DNA of 48,613 nucleotides from Myxococcota bacterium (GTDB lineage Bacteria; Myxococcota; UBA4151): NCBI GenBank assembly GCA_036338695.1, contig JAYZBQ010000092.1, positions 1 to 48,613 of the forward strand, read 5' to 3'. Shown piece by piece: positions 39,274 to 48,613 of this stretch (position 1 is its first letter; each line of letters starts with the position of its first letter). The notes under the pieces were generated by a model. It saw only the letters and a program-made list of their open reading frames with translations, ran no database searches and was not told where the DNA came from. The position numbers and the translations under genes were made by a program.

Positions 39274-40803
39274 ATGTTGAAACTCCAACAAGCCGCTTTG
39301 GGGGTCGCTGCCCTGAGCCTGATCGCTTGCGGCGGTGATGATCACGATCACGATCACCAAGACGCCGGCCCTGCCCCGGTCGCTGATGCGGGACCCGCAA
39401 CGGACGCAGGCCCAGCAGCAATTGAGACCCCGGATTCCTACAACTTCGAGAGCAAGTTCATGGAGGGCAGCGCGGTCTCCTACTCTGGGCAGACGGCACG
39501 CCAGGTCATCCTCTCAGACCTCAAAGGCGAGTTTTCCAGGATCTCTGCAGAGCTCAACGACTCCAGCTTTGTACCGAGCGCCGGCGAGGTCACAGCGCGC
39601 CTGAACTTCTTCTTTCGGTTCGACGGTGAGACGAGTGGTGATCTGACGCACAAGCTAAGCACCGATCCGGCTCCCTTGCAGACGACCTACAACGAGATCT
39701 CGACGAAGAAGAACCTTGTCGGGAAACTGGCGGGTAATGACTCATCAACTGACTACAAGGACTGGTCCACTGAGTTTACTGGTCATGGCTTAGGTGACCA
39801 GATCACATCGCCGGAATCGTACGTCGACGCCCTGTTCCAGCGGGTGGATGACGCAGCAGTTGCCCGGGTCGCCGGCGACGTCCCGCTGGATCCGAGTGGA
39901 AACGAAATCGCTCACGTCTTTGTCACACCGGAAGGTCACGACATCCAACAGATTCTCGCCAAGTTCATCGGGATGGCGGTTGCGTTCTCACAGGGTGCAG
40001 ATGACTACATGGACGATGATACAGACGGTAAAGGGCTGCTGGCGAGCAACGCCCAGTACGTCAAAAATGGTGAACCGAAGCCGTACAGTGCTTTAGGTCA
40101 CGCATGGGACGAGGGCTTCGGCTACTTTGGAGCTGCCCGCAACTACCTCGCCTACACCGACGACGAAGTCGCCGGCAAAGGCGGCCGCGACGACTGGCAA
40201 GGATCCCACGACACCAACGGTGACGGAAAGATCGACTTAAAGTCTGAGATCAACTTTCTACACAGCGTCAACTGCGCCAAGCGTGATCGAGGCTCTGCCG
40301 ACTCGGCTAAAACTGACTTTACGAAGGATGCGATGGACCACTTCCTCGCCGGCCGTACACTCATCATGAACGCCGGTGACACGCTCTCAGAGGCAGAGAT
40401 GACGCAACTCAAAGCGCACCGCGACGTGGTGATTTCATCGTGGGAAAAATGTGTAGCGGCAACGGTCGTTCACTACATCAACGATACACTGCAAGACATG
40501 GCGAAGTTTGGCACCGATGACTACAGCTTCGCAAGTCACGCAAAACACTGGGGCGAGCTCAAAGGCTTTGCGCTGGGGCTGCAGTTCAACCCGAAGAGTC
40601 CATTGAATAATGAAATCACAGGGGAAGACATGACGTACTTCCAGAAGTTTCACCAGCTGATCGGTGCGGCACCTGCTCTACCAGGTTCCCCCGACGTAGC
40701 TGGGTACCAAAGCAAACTGCGCCAAGCGCGTTCGCTGTTGGCAGAGCGGTATGGGTTCGCCGCCGCCAACCTCGGAGATGATGACGGTGAGGACGGATGG
40801 TGA
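39274..40803 (+). CDS. DUF4856-like lipoprotein
   Basis: LIAC lipobox, DDHDHDH tract, VSYSGQTAR, HAWDEGFGYFGA, HYIN, HWGELKGF. Confidence 0.8.
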   Translation: MLKLQQAALGVAALSLIACGGDDHDHDHQDAGPAPVADAGPATDAGPAAIETPDSYNFESKFMEGSAVSYSGQTARQVILSDLKGEFSRISAELNDSSFVPSAGEVTARLNFFFRFDGETSGDLTHKLSTDPAPLQTTYNEISTKKNLVGKLAGNDSSTDYKDWSTEFTGHGLGDQITSPESYVDALFQRVDDAAVARVAGDVPLDPSGNEIAHVFVTPEGHDIQQILAKFIGMAVAFSQGADDYMDDDTDGKGLLASNAQYVKNGEPKPYSALGHAWDEGFGYFGAARNYLAYTDDEVAGKGGRDDWQGSHDTNGDGKIDLKSEINFLHSVNCAKRDRGSADSAKTDFTKDAMDHFLAGRTLIMNAGDTLSEAEMTQLKAHRDVVISSWEKCVAATVVHYINDTLQDMAKFGTDDYSFASHAKHWGELKGFALGLQFNPKSPLNNEITGEDMTYFQKFHQLIGAAPALPGSPDVAGYQSKLRQARSLLAERYGFAAANLGDDDGEDGW

Positions 40804-41996
40804 GACCCACATCACTGGTTGTTATTCTCCTATCGGGACTGCTCCTCTCCCCTGCGTGCTCCGGCACGCAGGGAGAGAGCGAGCTTCCAAACCCCGATTC
40901 CAACACCTACCGCTTGTCGGTGGGTGTTGGTCTAATTAGAAATGTCTATGTGACACGCCTTGACCGCCTGGTCGCAGCAACAGCCCAGCTCAAGACAGCC
41001 GCGGATAACGGTTTAGCGCTCGCTCAAGCAGAGGGTACATTCGAGCCTGATACGCTGCAGACTCAATGGCTCGCCGTGATGGCACTCGTCCAAGAACTCG
41101 AGGTCATGCATGTCGGTCCAGGCGCCAATGCGCTGACCAGGAAAGGTGGGGAGAGCCTCAGGGATACACTCTACTCGTGGCCGCTCACCAATGCGTGCCG
41201 AGTCGATCAAGTTCTAGTGTCCAAAAAGTATGCAGAGGATGGCTTTCGCGACCGAGTGATGGCGAACGTTTACGGGCTGGATACGCTCGAACAGCTTCTG
41301 TTTCGCCCCCATGACGAGCACACCTGCCCCCCCCAACTCCCGCTTGAAACTGAAGGTCAGTGGGATGATCTGGGCGTTGAAGGAAGGGCGCTTGCGCGCG
41401 CCGAGTACAGCGCAGTCGTCGCCAAGGCGCTTGACGATGACGCCAAGGCGTTGAGAGCGCGTTGGGCAAGCGATTCTGGTGACTTTATGAGTCAAGTTGA
41501 AAATCCGGGTGGCGACTCGGCGTTTTCCACTCCTCAATGTGTCCTCGATGAGCTGTTCGCTGCGATGTTTCACTTTGACCTTGTGACGAAGGATGAGCGG
41601 CTGGCGGTTCCCACGGGTATCAGCCCGGACTGTTCGCAACCGACGTGCGCCAACAAACTCGAGTTTCAGCTGGCACTGCAGAGCGGCCTAAGCGTTCAGA
41701 GCAACATCACGGGCCTCGCTGCGCTGTTTTCAGGTGAATCAGGTGACGGGTTTGATGCGCTGTTACGGGCAGAGGGCGCCTCTGAGCTAGCGGACGAACT
41801 GCAATCAGCAATCGCAGAGGCGCAGAGCGCAGCGCGTGCGCTGGAGGTAGACTGGGCAGACCTACTCCGCAACGACCCGCAGGCACTGCGTGATCTCCAC
41901 GGCAAGGTAAAGACGGTGACGGATCTGCTCAAAACACAGTTCGCCACCGTCCTCAATCTGAGCGTTCCGCAAGAGGGTGCTGGCGATAATGACTGA
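40797..41996 (+). CDS. imelysin-like (peptidase M75 family) lipoprotein
   Basis: SPAC lipobox; LYSWP, GLDTLEQLLF, helical body, acidic GDND end. Confidence 0.8.
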   Translation: MVRPTSLVVILLSGLLLSPACSGTQGESELPNPDSNTYRLSVGVGLIRNVYVTRLDRLVAATAQLKTAADNGLALAQAEGTFEPDTLQTQWLAVMALVQELEVMHVGPGANALTRKGGESLRDTLYSWPLTNACRVDQVLVSKKYAEDGFRDRVMANVYGLDTLEQLLFRPHDEHTCPPQLPLETEGQWDDLGVEGRALARAEYSAVVAKALDDDAKALRARWASDSGDFMSQVENPGGDSAFSTPQCVLDELFAAMFHFDLVTKDERLAVPTGISPDCSQPTCANKLEFQLALQSGLSVQSNITGLAALFSGESGDGFDALLRAEGASELADELQSAIAEAQSAARALEVDWADLLRNDPQALRDLHGKVKTVTDLLKTQFATVLNLSVPQEGAGDND

Positions 41997-43356
41997 GCGG
42001 CTGGACGCGCTCATCGACTCGGCTCGACAGCCGGTCGACGGGCGTAGTTTAGCATTTTTTCGCATAGTTTTCGGCGCCATTCTAACCATCGCCATGGCGC
42101 GCTACATCGCTAACGGATGGGTCGACATCCACTACGTTGAGCCGTCATTCTTCTTTAAATATACCGGCTTAGAGTGGGTCGCTGTACCCGGAAGAACGAC
42201 GCTCTACGCAATGGCATACGGGTTGTGCGTCTGCGCGTTACTCATCACTGTCGGCTTATTCACACGTCCGGCGCTTGTCGTTTTCACGCTCGGGTTTGGG
42301 TACTGGGAGGCGATGGACGTCACCAACTACCTAAATCACTATATTCTGGTGTTGTTGTTGTGTGTTGAGCTCTTGCTCACACCTTGTCATCGCGTTTGGT
42401 CACTCGACAACCTACTCCTCAACGTCGACAACCGACCGTTTCGACGTCCGCAGACACCAACGATACCTGCGTGGTGTCTGTGGATGCTGCGGATACAAAT
42501 CGCCGTTGTTTATTTTTCGGCAGCGATCGCAAAGGTGGGCAGCGACTGGCTGATCGATGGTCAGCCGATGGGAATCTGGCTCGCCTCAAGAGGTCACCTA
42601 CCTGTCATCGGCTGGCTGCAAGGTTTCGCAGCGACGCCCCTCGTATTCAGCTGGGCTGGATTTTTGTATGATCTGACGATCCCCTTCCTGCTGCTTTGGC
42701 GCCCCACCCGGCAGCTCGCCTTCTGTGCCGTCGTTGTGTTTCACGGTATGACCCATGTCCTCTTTGATATCGGGATTTTTCCCTTCATTATGACCGCAGC
42801 GTCAACTCTGTTCTTCGCTCCGAATTGGCTATCGAGGGGGCGCTCTCAGGTGGTCCAGACGGTCGCCCGAGGAGACAGGAAGTATTGGATGCGCCCGGTG
42901 ATGGTGGCTGCGCTGACCCTGGTCCTGCTGCAACTCGTTTGGCCACAGCGTCATCTCATCTACGGAGGGAACGTCCTTTGGCATGAGCAAGGCATGCGCT
43001 TCTCTTGGCGCGTGATGGTGCGTGAGAAGCATGGCTCCATCACGTACCGTGTAGTAGACCGAGCGAGTGGTCGCGAGTGGCAAGTGCCGCCCTCTCGCTA
43101 CCTGAATATGCGACAAGAGGCAGAATTTTCAGGGCAACCCGACCTGATCCGGCAGTTAGCTCGGCATATTCATAGCGACTTTAAGGTCCGGGGTTTTGAT
43201 GTCGCCGTGCGCGTCGATGCGCCGGTCAGCCTTAACGGCAGAGCACCGTCTCTTTTGATTGACGATCAAATCGACTTGGCTCAACCGGTTGACGACAAAT
43301 GGATCCTACCGGCGCCGAACTCACGCGCCCGATCGTCGAGAACAGGACGCCTGTGA
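41989..43356 (+). CDS. HTTM-domain, vitamin-K-dependent gamma-carboxylase-like membrane protein
   Basis: LAFFRIVFG, YLNHY, QIAVVYFSAAIAK..DWL, FHGMTHVLFDIGIFP, RFSWRVM, QPDLIRQ, VSLNGR. Confidence 0.9.
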   Translation: MTERLDALIDSARQPVDGRSLAFFRIVFGAILTIAMARYIANGWVDIHYVEPSFFFKYTGLEWVAVPGRTTLYAMAYGLCVCALLITVGLFTRPALVVFTLGFGYWEAMDVTNYLNHYILVLLLCVELLLTPCHRVWSLDNLLLNVDNRPFRRPQTPTIPAWCLWMLRIQIAVVYFSAAIAKVGSDWLIDGQPMGIWLASRGHLPVIGWLQGFAATPLVFSWAGFLYDLTIPFLLLWRPTRQLAFCAVVVFHGMTHVLFDIGIFPFIMTAASTLFFAPNWLSRGRSQVVQTVARGDRKYWMRPVMVAALTLVLLQLVWPQRHLIYGGNVLWHEQGMRFSWRVMVREKHGSITYRVVDRASGREWQVPPSRYLNMRQEAEFSGQPDLIRQLARHIHSDFKVRGFDVAVRVDAPVSLNGRAPSLLIDDQIDLAQPVDDKWILPAPNSRARSSRTGRL

Positions 43357-45548
43357 TGCTCAGTCTGACACTGCTCAGTACGCTCCTTGCCAGCGACACC
43401 GCAACGAAGTCAGAGGACGCGCTCAAGCTGAGTGAGCGCGACCTACCCGGGATCTCAATATTTTCAGATCGTAAACGTCGTCGCACAGCCGGTTCTGCTC
43501 ACAAGCTGAGCGAGAAAACCCTGCAGCGACAAAGTCACGACGATATCCATCGCATCCTCGGTCAAGTTCCTGGCGTGTACACACGCGAAGAGGAGGGTTA
43601 CGGACTGCGCCCAAACATCGGTTTACGCGGCGCGAGTTCGGACCGAAGCGCCAAGGTGACGTTGATGGAGGACGGCATACTCATTGCGCCAGCGCCTTAC
43701 AGTGCCCCAGCAGCATACTACTTTCCCATCTCGAGCCGACTTGTCGGTCTAGAAGTCTACAAAGGAGCTGCGGCAATTCAGTTCGGACCTCAAACGATCG
43801 GCGGGGCGATTAACCTGCTCAGCCGACAGGTCCCGGAGCGGCGTCCTGAGGTGCTGCTGCGAAGCGCTAACGGCAACTTTGGCTACGGGAAAGCTCACTT
43901 TGCAGCCGGGGGTATGGCGGGGCGTATCGGTGGCCTCATCGACGTCGTCCATGTGCGTGCTGATGGCTATCATCGGATCGACGGATCCGCCGGACCGGAC
44001 ACGGGCGGCAACAGCGGGTTCTCGAAAAATGAGGTCGTACTCAAGAGTCTCTGGCGCAACTCCTCCACCAAGCACGCCTCACACCGAGCTTTACTCAAGC
44101 TTGGCTATGCTGACGAGGTGTCCAACGCATCCTACCTCGGGCTGACTCGCCCAGATTTCGAGCGCGACCCCTATCGCCGCTATTTGGCGAGCAAAGACGA
44201 CCGCATGGCATGGGCTCGCTGGCAAGGTGTCCTCGAGCACTCCTTTAGCTGGGCTCACGGACACATGCGTTCGGCGTTGTATCAGAACCGTTTTCACCGG
44301 AGCTGGCGTAAGGTCGCAGGCCTGCGCGGCGGCCCGTCGATCGGGGACCTTATCCGAAGCAACACCACCGCAGGTGTTAACGGTATCTGGCTGGCCTTGA
44401 TCAAAGGTGAGGAAGACAGTGTTGATGACAGTATGGCGATCCTACTCGGCACCAACACAAGGAGCTATCTCAGCTCGGGCGTCCAGAGCACGATTGAGCA
44501 CAAGGTCGGTCCGCACCGACTCAACTTTGGGCTGCGCCTCCACCATGACACCATCGACCGACACCACACCGCCGAGGGTGTTCTGGTGCAGAGCGGAGAG
44601 CTGGTCAGCGATGGTCGCCCTGAACAAGACACGACCTTGAATCATGCGTGGACCAGGGCTTTGTCTCTCCACGCACTCGATGAGTGGCAATTGCGCCCAA
44701 ATCTGTTCCTGTCTGCGGGCAGTCGTTTCGAAGCCATCGAGGGGGCACTGACCGATCACCTCGGCAAAGTCCGGGGCGAGAACCAACAACTGATTGCGCT
44801 GCCCGGACTGGGATTGTTTTACCAACGCTCGCGTGCGCTCGGATTACTGATCGGCGTCCACCGTGGCTTTAGCCCTGTTGCGCCAGGGCAGTCGAAAGAG
44901 ATCGACCCAGAAGAGAGCGTCAACCTCGAAGCCGGCCTGCGCTTTCGAGTGCCTCAACGAGAGTTCGAATTGATTGGATTTGCAAATCTCTACAACAATA
45001 TGCTCGGTCAATGCACACAGTCCAAAGGGTGTCCTAATGACCTCCTCGATGCGCAGTTCAACGGTGGCGCTGTTGATGTCTACGGGGCTGAAGTATCGGG
45101 TAAAGTGTCCGGAAGCGTAACCCGCCTTCGCTGGGAGCTCAAAGGCGCCTACACACTCACCGCCAGCTCCTTTCGAACCTCGTTCAGTTCGGCATCAAGC
45201 CTGTTCGGCGACGTGGAAGCTGGTGACGCGCTCCCGTATGTCCCGACGCACCAAGCCAAGATCGGCATGCGGCTCCGTGTTAAGCCGGTGACGCTTGATA
45301 TCGCCGGTGTGTACTACGGTGTCATGCGAGATACCGCCGGTCAGGGCGAAGTCGATCCGGCGAGCGGGATCCCGGCACACCAACTCCTCGATGCAACACT
45401 CCGTTGGGCGCTCAGTAAACGAGTGAGCCTCCGCGTAGGCGGCAGGAACCTACTCGATACACCGTATCTCTCGAGCGCTCGCCCGTACGGCGCACGCGCA
45501 GGCAGCCCGCGCCAGCTGCTCATCGGCTTCGACCTCGGTAAACAGTGA
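43356..45548 (+). CDS. TonB-dependent receptor, FecA-like
   Basis: QVPGVYTREEEGYGLRPNIGLRG, LMEDG, YKGAAAIQFGPQTIGGAINL, NLLDTPY; TGATG coupling. Confidence 0.92.
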   Translation: MLSLTLLSTLLASDTATKSEDALKLSERDLPGISIFSDRKRRRTAGSAHKLSEKTLQRQSHDDIHRILGQVPGVYTREEEGYGLRPNIGLRGASSDRSAKVTLMEDGILIAPAPYSAPAAYYFPISSRLVGLEVYKGAAAIQFGPQTIGGAINLLSRQVPERRPEVLLRSANGNFGYGKAHFAAGGMAGRIGGLIDVVHVRADGYHRIDGSAGPDTGGNSGFSKNEVVLKSLWRNSSTKHASHRALLKLGYADEVSNASYLGLTRPDFERDPYRRYLASKDDRMAWARWQGVLEHSFSWAHGHMRSALYQNRFHRSWRKVAGLRGGPSIGDLIRSNTTAGVNGIWLALIKGEEDSVDDSMAILLGTNTRSYLSSGVQSTIEHKVGPHRLNFGLRLHHDTIDRHHTAEGVLVQSGELVSDGRPEQDTTLNHAWTRALSLHALDEWQLRPNLFLSAGSRFEAIEGALTDHLGKVRGENQQLIALPGLGLFYQRSRALGLLIGVHRGFSPVAPGQSKEIDPEESVNLEAGLRFRVPQREFELIGFANLYNNMLGQCTQSKGCPNDLLDAQFNGGAVDVYGAEVSGKVSGSVTRLRWELKGAYTLTASSFRTSFSSASSLFGDVEAGDALPYVPTHQAKIGMRLRVKPVTLDIAGVYYGVMRDTAGQGEVDPASGIPAHQLLDATLRWALSKRVSLRVGGRNLLDTPYLSSARPYGARAGSPRQLLIGFDLGKQ

Positions 45549-45554
45549 AAAACG

Positions 45555-45584
45555 AAAAGCAGGCGCTCTCGATCGGCGCCTGCT
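45555..45584 (-). terminator. terminator hairpin between the TBDR gene and tRNA-Val
   Basis: AGCAGGCGC/GCGCCTGCT perfect 9-bp stem; A-tract on the left is a U-tract for the minus-strand transcript. Confidence 0.75.
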
Positions 45585-45587
45585 GGG

Positions 45588-45662
45588 TGGTGGGCGATAC
45601 TGGGATTGAACCAGTGACTTCTACCGTGTGAAGGTAGCACTCTACCGCTGAGTTAATCGCCC
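45588..45662 (-). tRNA. tRNA-Val (anticodon CAC)
   Basis: GGGCGAT..AACTCAGCGGTAGAGTG, stem CTACC/GGTAG with loop TTCACAC, GGTTCAATCC, ATCGCCCACCA; 75 nt. Confidence 0.97.
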
Positions 45663-45831
45663 GGTAGCCTGTTGTGGGCGCCTCGATAAAGGCCACGCGA
45701 CAGTCGGTCAACGAAAATGCGAGGGAGGCTCTGCGCCGCGGACAACGGCCTCCTGTGGAGTGTTCATTCATGGATTGCTTCGCGTGGTAAGGCGGGCTAG
45801 CGCAGCGCCGTCCTTGTCCCGTGGAGTGACC

Positions 45832-46824
45832 ATGTCGACAATGCAGCAAAAGCGCGCCACCTGGGCGCTGCTCCTGATGACCTTTATCTGGGGCTACACC
45901 TTCATCTGGATCAAATCAGCGCTCAACGCAGGCGACCGCCTGCTCGGGGCAGAGGCGCTCCCGATCACGGTCGGCTTGTTCATGGTGATCCGCTTTCTGG
46001 GCGCGGCGCTGATTCTGCCGGTGGCGCTGCCAGCGGCGCGCGAGCGGCTGACCGACCCTGCGGTGTGGCGAGCGGGCGGCGTGCTCTCGTTCTTCGTGCT
46101 CGCTGGCTTCTTGCTGCAGATGTTCGGCATGCACGGGATCGACTCCGCCACGTCGGCTTTTCTCACCAGTCTCTACGTCGTCTTCACGGCGATCGCGCTC
46201 GCAGCGTGGACCCGCACCCTGCCCTCAAAGACCCTGATCATCGGGATCGCCTGCGCCACGCTGGGCGCGGGGTTTATCAGCGGACCGCCTCAGCTCACTT
46301 TTGACTTACCCGAGTGGTTGACCGTGATCTGCGCCGCCGCCTTTGCGGGGCATATCATCGGCACCGACTACTACACCAAGCGCCTGCCGCCGCTCACGAT
46401 CACGCTCACGACCTTTGTCATCACCGGCGGCTGCTGCGCGCTCTTATTCGTTGTCGGTTGGGTTCGTCATGGGGAGATCGAGGCGGCTCAGGTGGTGACG
46501 CTGCTCACCGATTTCGAGTTCCTCTTCCCCTCCGTCATGTGCCTGGTGTTTGGTTCGGTGATCTGCCTGACGATCATGAACATCTACCAGCGTCACTTGT
46601 CGCCGGTGCGCGCCGCGATCTTGTTCACCCTCGAGCCGGTCTGGGCCGCCCTCCTCGCCCTGGGCGCCGGACAGATTGAGCCGGACGGCTGGTTTCTCTT
46701 TGGCGCCGGCGCGTTGCTCGGCGGGAACCTCATCGTCGAGGTCGTCCCGCGCCTGATCGGCAAGCCGTCGCCGCCGGCTGAAGCCGCCGAACGATCTGTT
46801 GCGCTGGGCGCCGACAAGGGCTAG
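45832..46824 (+). CDS. DMT/EamA family transporter
   Basis: IWGYTF, SAFLTSLYVVF, AAILFTLEPVWA; about 10 TM; GGAG RBS. Confidence 0.9.
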   Translation: MSTMQQKRATWALLLMTFIWGYTFIWIKSALNAGDRLLGAEALPITVGLFMVIRFLGAALILPVALPAARERLTDPAVWRAGGVLSFFVLAGFLLQMFGMHGIDSATSAFLTSLYVVFTAIALAAWTRTLPSKTLIIGIACATLGAGFISGPPQLTFDLPEWLTVICAAAFAGHIIGTDYYTKRLPPLTITLTTFVITGGCCALLFVVGWVRHGEIEAAQVVTLLTDFEFLFPSVMCLVFGSVICLTIMNIYQRHLSPVRAAILFTLEPVWAALLALGAGQIEPDGWFLFGAGALLGGNLIVEVVPRLIGKPSPPAEAAERSVALGADKG

Positions 46825-46852
46825 CGAGACCAGCAGAACAAGGAGTCACCCC

Positions 46853-47170
46853 ATGGAACAAGTACGCGCCTCGCATATCCTATTGATGTACGCCGGATCG
46901 GCTCGCTCGACCGCCACCCGCACCAAAGCCGAAGCGCTTGCAGGCATCGAGGGCCTCAAGGCCGAGCTCGACGGTGGCGCCGACTTCGCCGGGTTAGCGG
47001 TCACAAACTCCGACTGCCCTTCGGCGCGCAGCGGCGGCGACCTCGGCCCCTTTGGGCGCGGACAGATGGTGCCCGAGTTTGAAGAGGCTGCGTTTAACAT
47101 GGAGATCGGCGACGTCAGCGACGTGATCGAGACCGACTTCGGCTACCACCTCGTCACACGCACCGGCTGA
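46853..47170 (+). CDS. parvulin-type peptidyl-prolyl isomerase
   Basis: [44 protein letters not shown]. Confidence 0.93.
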   Translation: MEQVRASHILLMYAGSARSTATRTKAEALAGIEGLKAELDGGADFAGLAVTNSDCPSARSGGDLGPFGRGQMVPEFEEAAFNMEIGDVSDVIETDFGYHLVTRTG

Positions 47171-47745
47171 TGCCCCTGCTCCACGCCGTCAATGGGCGCT
47201 CCCTGAGTGATGGCTTTCCAAGCGATGCCGGCGAGCTTCTCGTCGGCATGGGCTGCTTTTGGGGCGCCGAGCGACGCTACTGGCAGCAGCCGGGCGTTTG
47301 GGTCACGAGCGTCGGCTACGCCGCCGGTCACACCGAGAACCCAACCTACCAAGAGGTGTGTTCGGGGCGCACCGGGCACAATGAGGTCGTGCGGGTCATC
47401 TACGACCGCACGCAGACCTCGCTCGAGGCGCTGCTCAAGGTCTTCTGGGAGAGCCACGACCCGACGCAGGGGATGCGCCAGGGCAACGACATCGGCACGC
47501 AGTACCGCTCCGGGCTCTACCTCTGGACCGACGAGGAGCGAGCGCTCGCTCAGGCTTCGCAAGCGGCTTACCAGGCTGAGCTCTCGGCGGCGGGTCTGCG
47601 GCAGATCACAACCGAGATCCTACCGATGCCGAGCTACTACCTCGCCGAGGCGTACCATCAGCAGTACCTACACAAGAATCCCGGAGGGTACTGTGGACTG
47701 GGTGGCACAGGCGTGAGCTGCCCCCTCCCCGCCCTCAAGCCCTGA
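47170..47745 (+). CDS. msrA: peptide-methionine (S)-S-oxide reductase
   Basis: [39 protein letters not shown]. Confidence 0.96.
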   Translation: MPLLHAVNGRSLSDGFPSDAGELLVGMGCFWGAERRYWQQPGVWVTSVGYAAGHTENPTYQEVCSGRTGHNEVVRVIYDRTQTSLEALLKVFWESHDPTQGMRQGNDIGTQYRSGLYLWTDEERALAQASQAAYQAELSAAGLRQITTEILPMPSYYLAEAYHQQYLHKNPGGYCGLGGTGVSCPLPALKP

Positions 47746-47753
47746 GCGAGTCG

Positions 47754-48611
47754 TCAGCGGGCAAACGATGTGAAATCGACGCGGATGCGGACGTCATCGA
47801 GCTTGCGCAGGTCCAGCCCGTTGGCGCTCGAGGCGCGCAGCATCTGCACCGGAAAGAACAGCGCATACTCACCGTACAGCCCGCGCGCCGCAAGCTCGGT
47901 GGATGCGTTCTCCGTGTAGTTCTCAGAATTGAACTGCTCAGGGTCCACATTGAGCTTGGCGTCAACCCGAGCCCGCGTCCAGCCAGGGAACTGGCTAATG
48001 CGGGGCTGCTGTGCGCCCTGCGGCGAGCCGGCGAGCGGGTCACGAAAGAGGTTGCGCTCTGGGCGGACGGTGTGGGTCTGATAGCCCTCCTGACCGTCAC
48101 CGCACCAGCGGCTAAAGAAGGTGTTCTTCTGCAGCAGCTCGACACGAGCGGAGCGCTGGACGGAGTCTTCTGGCACAGCGCCCGTGCCATCCAGCGAGAG
48201 GTTGACGCTCCAGAGGCGCTCACCGCAGTCTAAGCTCGAGTTGATCACCGGCAGCGCAAACCGTTCGCCGTTGCTCTGCAGATCAAAGGGCGTCAGCTTA
48301 AACGGGATCCGCTGCCCCAAGTAAGCGCCCTCTTCATCATAGACCGCAAAGCGCTGTGCATTGAGCAGCGCCCGAAAGCGCTGGGTGTCGTTAAAGCGGT
48401 AATCGCTCTCGGGGAAGCGCTCGCGCGAGGCGAGCTGCATGAGGTGGGTCTTGAGACTGAAGATGGCTCGATAGTTCTCGGGAAGGCTCCCATTGATTGA
48501 CGGATCATTTGTAACAGAGCGCAGGTTCGCCAGGACCACTTCGAGCTCGCGAGGCGCTGAGGCGGCGAGCACGGCGCCGCGCTCCTCACGGCTCATCTGA
48601 AACTCGTACTC
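47754..48611 (-). CDS. C-terminal part of a large hypothetical protein, truncated by window edge
   Basis: Frame stays open upstream of 48596 (..[10 protein letters not shown]); ends [20 protein letters not shown]. Confidence 0.7.
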   Translation of the reverse strand, partial: EYEFQMSREERGAVLAASAPRELEVVLANLRSVTNDPSINGSLPENYRAIFSLKTHLMQLASRERFPESDYRFNDTQRFRALLNAQRFAVYDEEGAYLGQRIPFKLTPFDLQSNGERFALPVINSSLDCGERLWSVNLSLDGTGAVPEDSVQRSARVELLQKNTFFSRWCGDGQEGYQTHTVRPERNLFRDPLAGSPQGAQQPRISQFPGWTRARVDAKLNVDPEQFNSENYTENASTELAARGLYGEYALFFPVQMLRASSANGLDLRKLDDVRIRVDFTSFAR

Positions 48612-48613
48612 GA

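Noticed and set aside
39109..39360. Small hydrophobic ORFs (IIIIII) across the Fur region
   Set aside because: Translation artefacts of GATAAT and GATCAC repeats
1..48613. CRISPR arrays, IS elements, rRNA, riboswitches
   Set aside because: No spaced direct repeats, transposase motifs or recognisable RNA signatures seen; a covariance-model scan was not possible

Overview
GC-rich bacterial window, probably Myxococcota. That placement is inferred from PilZ-like, pseudokinase-FGE and DAG-linker lipoprotein genes. It holds about 46 CDS and two tRNAs (Thr-CGT, Val-CAC). Housekeeping genes include dut, proS, tlyA, yfgM/bamB-like, rluA-like, tatD, miaB, a parvulin and msrA. Main points of interest: (1) a lower-GC, twin-Fur-box operon DUF4856 lipoprotein - imelysin - vitamin-K-dependent gamma-carboxylase-like (HTTM) protein - FecA-like TonB receptor, beside the tRNA-Val 3' end; (2) an orphan GDPH autocleavage (DUF1521/MIIA-like) protein plus SycD-like chaperone behind a sigma28-like promoter; (3) a ProC-ProA fusion; (4) an orphan divergent FtsA with a LexA-box-like site; (5) a NUDIX-YprB exonuclease fusion; (6) a pseudokinase-TM-FGE protein. 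No CRISPR array, integrase, transposase or rRNA was seen. All family calls come from motif recognition by eye, not database searches.
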